Source: Eledone cirrhosa (Eukaryota). From it: a stretch of DNA of 64,000 nucleotides. Position 1 is the stretch's first letter; each line of letters opens with the position of its first letter. A program made the position numbers and the translations under genes. A model generated the notes under the pieces. That model was not told where the DNA came from, searched no databases, and saw only the letters and a list, made by a program, of their open reading frames with translations. Of this stretch, positions 25,384-35,750 are shown in pieces. Where the stretch lies: the NCBI GenBank assembly GCA_964016885.1, contig OZ024741.1, positions 127,410,001 to 127,474,000 of the forward strand, in the 5' to 3' direction.

Positions 25384-28300
25384 ACCCCAAAAGATTACCC
25401 CTTGGCGGATAAGGATAAAACGCGACAAAATAAAGTAGATGTCTAATGATGAAATCTCATACCGGATCGGCCGTCACCCAGGTAAAAAAGGGCCGCGTCC
25501 CTCAGAGAGGAACCAGACTGGGGTCGAAAAATCAGCTAATGGTTCAAACCTTCCCATCACTTCGGAGCTGGAGACCTCCCATAACCGGAATACTCCTACT
25601 GTTGGCCCTCCATGCTCACCACCAAGAAATCCAAAGAAAAAGAGAGAAAAATGGTCAAGGGAAGATAATAAAGAAGTCCTTGAGGCTTTCTACACTGCCA
25701 TGTACTACCCATCAAATACATCGAATACAGAGCAAACATATATCAACTGGAAAAAGAAACATCCCGAAAACAGAGGCTATATTGACAGTAACAAACTAGC
25801 CAATATACGAAGAAATATTGTAAGAAAAAAGTTACTAACTGATATAGAAATTGATCAGATCAAGCTAGTAGCACAAAGTCAGCGAAGGGAAAATGAAGCA
25901 CGTGTCAGTGAAAACGAGGTAAACTGTAACACTTCGAATCCCAGAGTTGGGGCGGAATCACTGGCAACAGAACAAATTAAAGAAAGGAGCGAAAAAGTGG
26001 AGGGAGTGCATGCTCAGGATGAAACTCCAAATGAAAATAATGAGATCGTAAATGATAAAGAAATGAATGAGAATGAACTTGCCAACTTGAAGGATGAAAT
26101 TATGATCGAATGGATGAAAATGAAAGAAACTGACATGGGGGAACGAGACACCCTCCCTAAGATCCAGAACTCCAAACAGAACCAAAAGATAATACACAAG
26201 ACTAACATAATTCTCAAAAACATTATCATCACAAACAAAATAAACATTACTGACTTAAATCATCTCTATTATGCATCGGCTAAAGTCACCACTCACTTAT
26301 GTGGAGTGAAGATGAAAAAACAAAGGAATTCCCACAAGAAATCTACTTGGCAAGATAACATCAATCGCCAAATAAACCTTCTCCGATCTGACATAGAAAT
26401 TTTAACAAACTATAAAGTAGGTGAACATGTTAAACAAACTAAACTTAGAAAATTGAAAAAAAAGTACAGTATAAGATCAACATGTGACATAGACATGCTG
26501 ATAGAAACAATCAAGCAAAAAGTGTCGGCCAAAGCTGCTCGTATAAGGCGCTTTGAAAAACGATCTAGATTCTATAAGGACAATAATATGTTCAAAAACA
26601 ACCAAAGAAACTTCTACAGAAAAATTGGTAAGTCAACAATAACTGCTAAATCAATACCACCCAAGGAGGAAGTGCAAGAATTCTGGGAAAAGATCTGGGC
26701 CGAAGAAAAAGTTCATAACATACATGCCCCATGGATAGACAGACAAATGAAAGAAACAGCTCACCTTGAAGAACAAACATGGGAAAATATAACAGTTGAA
26801 CAGCTGCGCTTGGCTCTAAGAAAAACCAGCAAATGGAAATCCCCAGGAAAAGACAAAATACAAAACTTTTGGATAAATGCCTTCACAGAGTCTCATGAGC
26901 TGTTGGCCCAACTTTACAATGAAATAGTTAAGGAGCCAGAAAAGATACCATCATGGCTAGTTAACGGCATTACATTCCTGCTACCGAAGAATGATGAGAC
27001 AAACAATCCCAAAAATTACAGACCGATAACCTGCTTGACCACAATGTATAAAATTTTAACATCAGTCCTAACTGAATACACATATGACCACCTGATAACA
27101 AATGACCTATTTCCCATTGAGCAGAAAGGGTGTAAACGAGGCTCATATGGCTGTAAGGATCAGCTTCTGGTTAACAAAATGATACTGGAAGATTGTCATA
27201 ATAGACACAAAAATCTATCGATTGCTTGGATAGATTATAAAAAAGCATTTGATAGTTTGCCACACAGTTGGATTGAAAAATGTTTAGAGATTTTCAAAAT
27301 ATCCCCCGTTGTCAGGAGGTTTTTGTCATTCAGTATGAGGACATGGAGAACGACACTCCTTTTGAATAGTGAAACAAAATCACTGGAAACTGGAGAAGTT
27401 AACATTAATTGTGGAATTTTTCAGGGTGACTCTTTATCACCGCTTTTATTCTGCATCGCACTTATACCATTAAGTAAAATGCTCAATGAAACAAAACATG
27501 GATATAGAGTCTATGACAAAACCATTAATCACCTGTTCTACATGGATGACCTGAAACTATTCGCAAAAAATGATGAACAATTGCAAGGGCTATTATCCAC
27601 TGTGAAGCAGTTCAGTGATGACATTAAAATGGAGTTTGGACTGGATAAATGCGCCAAAGCAATGTTCACCAGAGGAAAGCTGCTGAAGAGTTCAGACATT
27701 AATCTTGATCGGGGGAACGTGATAAGAGAGCTTGATCAAGAACAAACTTACAAATATCTAGGTGTTTGTGAAGGAGACGGAATCAAGCACTCGACAATGA
27801 GGGAAAGGATAAGGAAGGAATGTTACCGCAGAGTCAGAGCAATCTTAAGAACGGAATTGAATGCAAGGAATAGGATCGATGCCATAAACACGCTTGCCAT
27901 ACCAGTAGTAACCTACAGTTACAATGTCATCAACTGGTCAAGCACAGAGATCCGTAGGCTCGATACAAAAATCCGAAAATTCTTAACCATGCACAGAATG
28001 CATCACCCTAAGGCAGACATAGATAGAATATATCTCCCTAGGAAAGAAGGAGGACGTGGGTTAATCCAGTTAGACATTGCGTTGAAAACTGCAACAATTA
28101 GATTATCCACATATCTAAGGGAATCACATGATTGGATGATCAAACTCGTTTTGAAACACGAAAGCACCAAAAGATCATATTCCATTACAAAAGATGCACA
28201 AAGATACAGTAATGGACTACAAATTTCAGAAGTCCCATTTACTGCTGAAATGGAAAACACAGAAAAAGCAAAGCAGGTAAAAGTAACTGCAAAGAAAGAA

Positions 28301-29229
28301 CTGCTACAGAAACTGGCTAAGAAATGGCAAGAAAAGCCTCTGTATGGAAAATACCCAGAGCGAGCTAACAATCCTGATGTTGACAAAACTTTAACCCATC
28401 AGTGGTTGGCATCCTCTGGACTGAAATCGGAGACTGAAGGACTGATTATATCCGCACAAGATCAGTGTCTGCCAACAAAAAATTACCAAGCCAACATAAT
28501 AAAAAATGGGTGCAGCCCATTATGCCGTGTATGCAAAAAACAACCAGAGACGATTGACCATATAATTTCAATGTGCAGTCCTATAGCTCCAACCGAATAC
28601 CTAAACAGGCATGACAGAGCTGCACAATACATACATTGGATAATGTGTAAGCATTTTGACCTGCCCCATCAAAAGAATTGGTGGGAGCATCAACCACCTC
28701 CCATACTTGAAAAAGATCACATCTCAATCTTGTGGAACTTTAGCATCCAAACAGACCGAAAAATAGATGCAAATAGACCTGATATAATATTGAAGGACTT
28801 TCAAAGGAGGGTATGCCTGCTAATTGATATGTCTGTTCCAATAGACAAGAATGTATCTATAAAAACATTTGAAAAATTGAGCAAGTATAAGGACCTGGAG
28901 ATAGAAATTGGAAAAATGTGGAAATTGAGAACTAAAACAATACCAGTGGTTGTAGGCGCTCTGGGAATGATACCTAAGGGGTCTAACGACTACTTATCGC
29001 AAATCCCAGGAAACCCGCGTATAGGAGAAATACAAAAGATAGTACTAATGGGAACTGCCCATATACTAAGGAAGATCCTGTCAATATAAGTACATCACAA
29101 GTCTAAACACTAAGGATGCATGTGTGAATATGTGTGTTCTTTCTTGAACATGGCGGACCTTGTTGTCTCTTGAGGTAACTGGTTGTGACTTGGTGATAAC
29201 TCGTATAAACATAAAGCAAGATAAATGCA

Positions 29230-29230
<1 letters not shown>
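25384..29230 (+). mobile_element. R4/Dong-clade RLE non-LTR retrotransposon inserted in (TAA)n
   Basis: Flanked on both sides by (TAA)n runs (25345-25383 and 29231-29253); short 5' and 3' UTRs around a single long ORF. Confidence 0.85.
25439..29089 (+). CDS. R4/Dong-type ORF (1216 aa): Myb-like N-terminus, RT, CCHC knuckle, restriction-like endonuclease
   Basis: KWSREDNKEVLEAFY; KSPGKD; NYRPITCL; EQKGC; WIDYKKAFDS; GIFQGDSLSP; FYMDDLK; CRVCKKQPETIDHIISMC; RHD; NRPDII...LIDMSVP...EKLSKY (PD-(D/E)xK). Uninterrupted. Confidence 0.95.
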   Translation: MSNDEISYRIGRHPGKKGPRPSERNQTGVEKSANGSNLPITSELETSHNRNTPTVGPPCSPPRNPKKKREKWSREDNKEVLEAFYTAMYYPSNTSNTEQTYINWKKKHPENRGYIDSNKLANIRRNIVRKKLLTDIEIDQIKLVAQSQRRENEARVSENEVNCNTSNPRVGAESLATEQIKERSEKVEGVHAQDETPNENNEIVNDKEMNENELANLKDEIMIEWMKMKETDMGERDTLPKIQNSKQNQKIIHKTNIILKNIIITNKINITDLNHLYYASAKVTTHLCGVKMKKQRNSHKKSTWQDNINRQINLLRSDIEILTNYKVGEHVKQTKLRKLKKKYSIRSTCDIDMLIETIKQKVSAKAARIRRFEKRSRFYKDNNMFKNNQRNFYRKIGKSTITAKSIPPKEEVQEFWEKIWAEEKVHNIHAPWIDRQMKETAHLEEQTWENITVEQLRLALRKTSKWKSPGKDKIQNFWINAFTESHELLAQLYNEIVKEPEKIPSWLVNGITFLLPKNDETNNPKNYRPITCLTTMYKILTSVLTEYTYDHLITNDLFPIEQKGCKRGSYGCKDQLLVNKMILEDCHNRHKNLSIAWIDYKKAFDSLPHSWIEKCLEIFKISPVVRRFLSFSMRTWRTTLLLNSETKSLETGEVNINCGIFQGDSLSPLLFCIALIPLSKMLNETKHGYRVYDKTINHLFYMDDLKLFAKNDEQLQGLLSTVKQFSDDIKMEFGLDKCAKAMFTRGKLLKSSDINLDRGNVIRELDQEQTYKYLGVCEGDGIKHSTMRERIRKECYRRVRAILRTELNARNRIDAINTLAIPVVTYSYNVINWSSTEIRRLDTKIRKFLTMHRMHHPKADIDRIYLPRKEGGRGLIQLDIALKTATIRLSTYLRESHDWMIKLVLKHESTKRSYSITKDAQRYSNGLQISEVPFTAEMENTEKAKQVKVTAKKELLQKLAKKWQEKPLYGKYPERANNPDVDKTLTHQWLASSGLKSETEGLIISAQDQCLPTKNYQANIIKNGCSPLCRVCKKQPETIDHIISMCSPIAPTEYLNRHDRAAQYIHWIMCKHFDLPHQKNWWEHQPPPILEKDHISILWNFSIQTDRKIDANRPDIILKDFQRRVCLLIDMSVPIDKNVSIKTFEKLSKYKDLEIEIGKMWKLRTKTIPVVVGALGMIPKGSNDYLSQIPGNPRIGEIQKIVLMGTAHILRKILSI

Positions 29231-29262
<32 letters not shown>

Positions 29263-29366
29263 AAAAATAAAAAATAAAATATATATATATATATACATAC
29301 ATACATATATACATACACACATACACATACACACACATATATACACACACACACACACGATAGCAA

Positions 29367-30421
29367 CTAACAGTGCTGCGATCGAATGTGGCTTTTTAGC
29401 CCAGCCAATGATCTAAAATGTCTTGCACAGAGTCGGCAACCAAAACATTCACTGGGAATAGTCGGCTGTGGTTGGAGTTCGTGTACTTTTGCATGTCGCT
29501 TGAGCCCTCCTGCTGATTTACATTCTCTACCACATGTTTGGCAAGCATGATGAGTAGCATCTCCAACAGCAGCCTGGTAGTCAACCACTGGTCTTACTTT
29601 ATGACTGCGAAGATGACTTTCGAGTCCAGCTTTGCTTAGGCAGAGTCTCGCACAGACGCTGCATGTCAGCACCATAGGAGGGCCCTCGCCGTCTAGAAGT
29701 GCAACAGCAATGCCCTTCCTCACATCCCGCTTTACTTTCTCGTGTGCGATTCGAGATGCCTCAAAGGCAACTTTTCCCTCATATACAGTCTTTCTCCATT
29801 TATTACGATCAGCAGCAATATTTTCCCATGTATCAGCAGAGATGTTAGCGTCTTTCAGAGAGGCTTTCAAGGAATCCTTATACCTCTTTTTTGGTTTATG
29901 TGGCGGTCGTTTTCCTTTAACCAACTCTCCATAAAAGAGTTGTTTTGGTATTCTAGAATCCTTCATCCTGGTAAGGTGACCACTCCAACGGAGTCGTTGC
30001 TTAAGCACAAGAGCTTCTATACTGTCACACATAGAGCTTTCCAAAATCTCGACATCACTGATGTGGTCCCTCCAGTGAACGCCATGGATCCGTCTGAGAC
30101 ATCTGATGGAAACGCTCCAATTGCTTAAGGTGGTGTCGATATGTGACCCAGGTCTCGCAGGCATAAAGAAGACAAGAGAGTACACATGCCCTGTACACCC
30201 TTACCTTTTTCCTCCTGCATATGTCTCGCCGACCCCAGAGTCGCCTTTCTAGCTTTCCGAAAGCATCACTTGCTTTCCTAATCCTAAGTGAGATTTCACT
30301 GTCAAGGTTGCCGTATCGATTGACAGTGCTTCCCAGGTAGACAAACTGATCAACCACTCCAAGTCATTTGCCATACACATAGATGTTTGGTTCAGTGTAC
30401 TGCTTACTAGAGGCAGGTTGG
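29367..30421 (-). pseudogene. RTE ORF C-terminal remnant ending in three C2H2 zinc fingers
   Basis: [39 protein letters not shown]; fingers CSVC..HLRSH, CQTC..HAKVH, CRLC..HIRSQH. In-frame stop near 30364 and a frameshift near 30105. Confidence 0.85.
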
Positions 30422-31436
30422 TCAAGAGCAACCTGACATACAAATATGCATACATGCATACATGCATGCATACATACATACATACATACATACATACATA
30501 CATACATACATACATACATACATACATACATACATACATACATACATACATACATCTCTCTATTGGTAAAACTTTGTGAAATTATAAAACCAGAAGAACA
30601 TACATACATACATCTAGTAGTTTGATAAAGAATGATTTTGTGTTGATAGATCCTCCGTCGGTTTCGATGATGAGTGATCCAGTTGTTCAATCAACTGGAT
30701 AGATTGCTAAAAAAATTAACATGCAAATGGCTGAGTATTCCAGATATGTGTACCGTTAACATACCCTTTTCAGGGAGATTCAGTAATTAACGTGCAACTG
30801 GTTGAGCATTCCACAGAAAGATGCACCCTTAACATAGTTCTCAGGGTGATTTAGAAATGAACATGCAAGTGGCTGAGCATTCCACAGAAATGTGCACTTT
30901 TAACATAGCTCGCAGGGAGATTCAGTGTGACATTGTATGTAACAAGGTTGTCCCTATAAATTACAGATACAATTCATTTTTTTTTAGCTAGGTAGACTGA
31001 AGCAACATGGAATAAAGTGTCTTGCCCAAGGACACACTGCATCACCAGGAGTTGAATTCATAACCTTACAGATTTCAGCTGAATAGCCTAACCTCAATGC
31101 CATGCACCTTCACTACTACAGTTACATTCATAGTTACAGTAACAGTCACACTCACAGTCAAACATCTCTGAAAGTTTAACTTACACACTTTATTAATAGT
31201 TTATATATGCTATGTTTACTGGATTATAATAGGAAACGTGTATCTCTGCTTGATGTAAAAGGTGACTAAAAGAGTTGGCAGCAGAAAGGGCATCCAACTA
31301 TAAAACACTCCTTCATAAAGGGTCCCACGATAAGCATGAGGCCTTTCATAAAACCCTGCAAAGTTAATGCCTACTTTAGCAAAAAAATAGCCCTAAAATG
31401 TTTACTGATTTGTTTATATATAATAAATTATGACAG

Positions 31437-31626
31437 AAAACATTTTCGAGATGTTTTAAAAGCCCAAATGGCAGACCATGACAGAATACAGAGAAAAGTC
31501 TTTCAAGAGAGAGTATCAGAAAGTGACACTGCTAGAGAATATGATCTGAAGTGCAACAGGGAAGATCTGCAAAAATCTCATGAGAAAATTATATACCTTC
31601 GGCAGTTCCGAGACCAAAATAAAGAG
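31437..31626 (+). CDS. Gene A coding exon 2 (KHFRDVLKAQMADHDRIQRK...FRDQNKE)
   Basis: Acceptor tgacag, phase 2 in, donor GAG|gtgagt in phase 0; charged heptad-like sequence. Confidence 0.8.
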
Positions 31627-32309
31627 GTGAGTTAATCACAGATAACTCTTTTAGATTATCTTAACATTCTTTTTTTTAAATTTCTTATGTGATATATACA
31701 TACATGTGAGGGTGCATGGCCTAGTGGTTAGAGTGTTCAGCTCAGGATTGTAAGGTTGTGAGTTTTAGCAAGACACTTTATTTTATGTTGCTCCAGTCTA
31801 CTCAGCTGGTAAAAATAATTTGTAATGACATTGGTGCCAGCTTATATGAACCCAAAACTTTCCCTTGGACAACATCATACATAGTGTGTATGATATGTGC
31901 ATATAGAGTGTATACAGTGTGCATATAGAGTGTATATAGTGTGTATGTAGTGTATATATAGATTGTATATAAGTTACAATGACACTGTAGCCAATCTATA
32001 TCAGCCTGTGCCTTTCCCTAAGACAACACTAGCAGAATAGAGAGAGGAGATTGGCATGCTTAGATAAGTGTTGGTAATTTACAAAAGCACATTGTCATGA
32101 AGAAGAACTTTCCAGGTTAGAACTCATGGTTAGCTCTAATTAAACGGGGGGGGGGGGGGGGGGGGCTCATATATGTATATCTTCGTCGATCATATATTTT
32201 CAGTCATTACCCAAGATTCATGACCATAGGCTTGGGCTAGCACAAATACCCAGGGCCTATGTATCCAGGGCCCAAGAGCTAAGAAGGCCCCACAGCAACC
32301 ATGCAACAT

Positions 32310-32600
32310 CTATTTTGAGAAAAATCTTTGCCTGTTTTGGGCCCCAAAGGGGTCTTGTACTGCCCTGCAAATTTCTCTTGGAGACCTAACAAATACCAAA
32401 TTGAGGATAGCGAGTTTGGCTATTACACCTACCTCCCTTCTTCTGATTACTGAATGCTGAAGCTGGTACATTACTGCACCAGCTCCTGCAATTCTTCTAC
32501 TTAATTCAGCCTCCTGACTCCCATCTCTCATAAACACAGTCCTGAGATACTTGAACTTTTCTACCTGCTTCAGTGGAACACCATTTACATGTATTTAAAT
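32310..32600 (-). pseudogene. Short RTE-like RT C-terminal fragment
   Basis: Minus frame reads PLKQVEKFKYLRTVFMRDGSQEAELSRRIAGAGAVM, matching the VEKFKYLG...EI..RI..A LINE motif. Confidence 0.6.
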
Positions 32601-32724
32601 TTGAGCGACTTCTGTCCATCCGTCCATCACACAATGTGTGTGTGTACTTGTGTGTAGAGTGCACTGCTCAGGCTTCCTTGAGAGGACAAGGGTCTCAGTT
32701 TTCACAGCACTAATTTTCAATCCA

Positions 32725-32761
<37 letters not shown>

Positions 32762-33023
32762 GAATATTGCAGAAACAATATCAATTATTATATATTGTAA
32801 CACATATAATTGTTTCTACTTTTGGCACAAGGCCAGCAATTATCCCAGTGTATTATTGGTACTTTATTTTATCGACCTCGTAAGGATGAAAGGTAAAGTT
32901 AACCTCGGTGGGATTTGAACTCAGTCTGTAAAGGGACGTAACTGTGCTGCAAAGCATGGCATCCGACCCTCTACCCGATACTGCCAATCCACCGTAATAT
33001 ATAAATATAATATATATATAATA

Positions 33024-33062
<39 letters not shown>

Positions 33063-33524
33063 AGTGTCAAGAACAAACAGACGAAATTTACCTAATTTTT
33101 CCTCATAGCCCCAAAAGAATTAAATAAATAAATAATCAATTAATCAGAGCTACATATAATTATAAGTGTGAAGAAAAAATAGACAATTATTACCCAATTG
33201 TTCCTCATAGTCCCGACTACAGTTTTACCGACCGGTGTGCAGCTAAAATGCAGTTAAAGTGCACCTAAGCTGTGAAGTAGTTGGCTTGTCAAGAGACTCT
33301 CTCAGCATAACACACTTATGCCCGGGAGAGGAAAAGGGCTACTATTTAAATTAAAATCTTTCAATAATTTCATATAAGAGCTATATGTTAAGTTAATATC
33401 TTAGTAAGGAAATAATTAATAATTTTAGTAAATACCTCAAAATTCTTTATTATTAATTGAAATAAAGTGTATTTCAGAAGAAAAGGGTTAAACTTATTTA
33501 CCAATGTTATTTCATTTTTTGCAG

Positions 33525-33635
33525 CTAATGGAACAAAAATGGAGAAGATCACGGGACCAGCAAAGTTCTGAAAAGCAATTTGAAAGAGAACTCTTACAGT
33601 ATAACCCCATTAATTGGAGTGGAACACTTAATTAA
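33525..33635 (+). CDS. Gene A terminal coding exon (LMEQKWRRSR...ELLQYNPINWSGTLN*)
   Basis: Acceptor tttttgcag, phase 0, TAA at 33633-33635; aataaa at ~33758. Confidence 0.8.
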   Translation, partial: LMEQKWRRSRDQQSSEKQFERELLQYNPINWSGTLN

Positions 33636-34093
33636 ACAGAGAATTTCATATTTTTTTCACAAACAGCTCATTAATTTATACTCTCTAAATACCATATTTC
33701 TTTGTGTATAACATGACTTAAGTATATGACCCCTGTTTCCGAAGTTAAAAAAATAGGAATAAATTGAATCTTTGTGTATAATACAACCTTGGAGTTCAGC
33801 CATGTCTATATAAATTTTTTTTTTTTTTTGTAAACTTGTACCATGTTCAAAATCTCAACCTCAAACATATATTTGACTACAATATTTAGATTCTCATGAC
33901 ATTAAAGAATGTAAAATAGCAGGATGTTTAATGCTTTGTGTAGAAAAGGATTTTGATATAATGCCTTCCAAGTAATTTTTAAAAGATTTTAATCAAGCTA
34001 ATATATATTTTCTCTTTTGATATGACTTTATCATTTTTTGATATATTAATAAGCTATGGAAATTAAAAAAGAAAATATCTCTCTATATATATA

Positions 34094-34925
34094 TCATCAT
34101 CATCATCGTTTAACGTCTATCTTCCACGCTAGCATGGGTTAGATGGGAATTGTCCCACTAGAGGCAAGATTGGTCGAGTGACCATGTCTCGCTCATATAG
34201 GACTATCTGGCAGGTTTTCTACAGCTGAATGCCCTTCCTAACACCGACCACATTTACAGTGTGGACTGGGAACTTTTTACCGTGTTACCTACATGGCCAC
34301 ATTACAGCGTGGACTGTGCGTCTTTTGTCGTGACACTGACACGACCTCTTTAGTTTGGACTGGAAGTTGTGGTACCAACATAACTTTACAGAGAAAGGCT
34401 GGTGTTGGTGGGAGTGGGAGGATGGAGTATGGGTAGTGGGTTGTGGTGTATATTTGGTTAAGAGGTGCCTACTGACTGTAGGTTTCGCTTTGTACATAGG
34501 CAAGGCGGGTCTTCTGTATTACTGCGTGGTGCCAAAGATCTCGGTCCAGTGACATTGTCTTAGAGAGGTGCAAGTGTGTAAGGTCAGAATTTATCAAATC
34601 ATCCCAGCTTTTTCTGGGTCTACCTACTCCGTAATTTCCATCAATTTTGATCGCCCTGCACTTTTTTATACAGCTGTCATCTTTCATGCGCATCACGTGA
34701 CCATACCAACATAGTCTTCTCTCAAGTAAACAGCATCTGATCCCTCTTATTCCTAATTTGTCACTTAGTTCATTTATGTTTAGCCGTTCACGAATATTAC
34801 TATTACACATCCAACAGAGCATGCATGCTTTGTTCCTTTCCAGTCTGCGCAGGTCCTCTGCACACAATGCCCATGTCTCACTGCCATGTAACATTGCTGT
34901 TTGTATACAGGCATCATACAATCTG
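34094..34925 (-). mobile_element. 5'-truncated RTE copy (sister subfamily of the 18.4-21.6 kb element)
   Basis: ORF 34469-34921 (YDACIQTAMLHGSETWAL...RRLCWYGHVMRM) is highly similar to the C-terminus of the 1039-aa ORF; (cat)n tail at ~34094. Confidence 0.85.
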
Positions 34926-35479
34926 CCTTATATATATATATATATTTCCTTGAGCAAGACACTTTATTTCACATTGCTCCAGTTTACTCAGCTGTAGAAA
35001 TGAGATGATAGGGACTGGGGTCCATATCATACCACTGCAAAGTGGTCGTGGAGGTGCATCGGCAAAAAAGCACCCAGCACTCACTGTAAATGAGGTTGGT
35101 GTTAGGAAGGGCATCCAGCTATAGAAATCAAGCCAGCATCAGTTCCCGTCCCACCCTTGCAAGCAGGGAAAAAGTGGATGTAAAATGAATGATGATGATA
35201 TATATATATAGTTCAAGGAAATGACAAACAGGAGTACAAAAAGTCTTATTAGTTTCACGCTTATATGGAAAAGGGGAAAGAAAGTTTGACGTGTTTAGCC
35301 CTTCTTCAGGAGTACAAAATTAGAGACAGGGTCACAAAGGATAGATACAGAAAATAAAAGGTAGTCCAAGGTAAAAAAAAAAAATAATAAAGAGAGTTAA
35401 CAAAACAAATATATATATATATATATTTTATTTTTTGAAAATCCCAAACATTGTGTGAAGTCACTCAGTATAAGGAACA

Positions 35480-35750
35480 ATGAAGAAAGAGAAATTAAGA
35501 TGAAAGGAATGAATTTGCTTTAGACTTGAAAGAGTTCAGGTCATAAGAAGGAAGAAAACAATGAGATGAAAGAGAGTTCCAAAGTCTGGCAGTTTGAGGA
35601 TAAAAGCTACGGCCATAGAAACACTTCCTAATTTGTGGAACCACAATGGCATAAGGATGAAAGGCAAAGCTAACGTCGACGGGATTAGGGCCATAACTCT
35701 CTGCCACAAAGCATGGTGTCCGATACTCTACCGATATTGCCAAACCACAT
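35480..35750 (-). mobile_element. Chimeric element: family-A SINE head fused to a CR1/Jockey-like LINE 3' end
   Basis: Minus strand: gtggtttggcaatatcggtagag...ttgcctttcatccttatg joined directly to sequence encoding SFYPQTARLWNSLSSHCFLPSYDLNSFKSKANSFLSS*. Confidence 0.6.

Larger units (their letters stand above)
25278..30421 (-). mobile_element. 5'-truncated RTE-clade LINE, interrupted in its 3' UTR by the Dong element, with a 42-bp target site duplication
   Basis: 3' end ...atggccatactcgataacaagggggcagccatca at 25281-25325. Coding remnant at 29367-30421. Direct repeat tcaagagc(g/a)acctgacatacaaatatgcatacatgcatacat at 25236-25277 and 30422-30463. Confidence 0.75.

Noticed and set aside
25384-25438. 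HDV-like ribozyme in the Dong 5' UTR
   Set aside because: The UTR is only ~55 nt and I could not identify the nested double pseudoknot pairings by eye.
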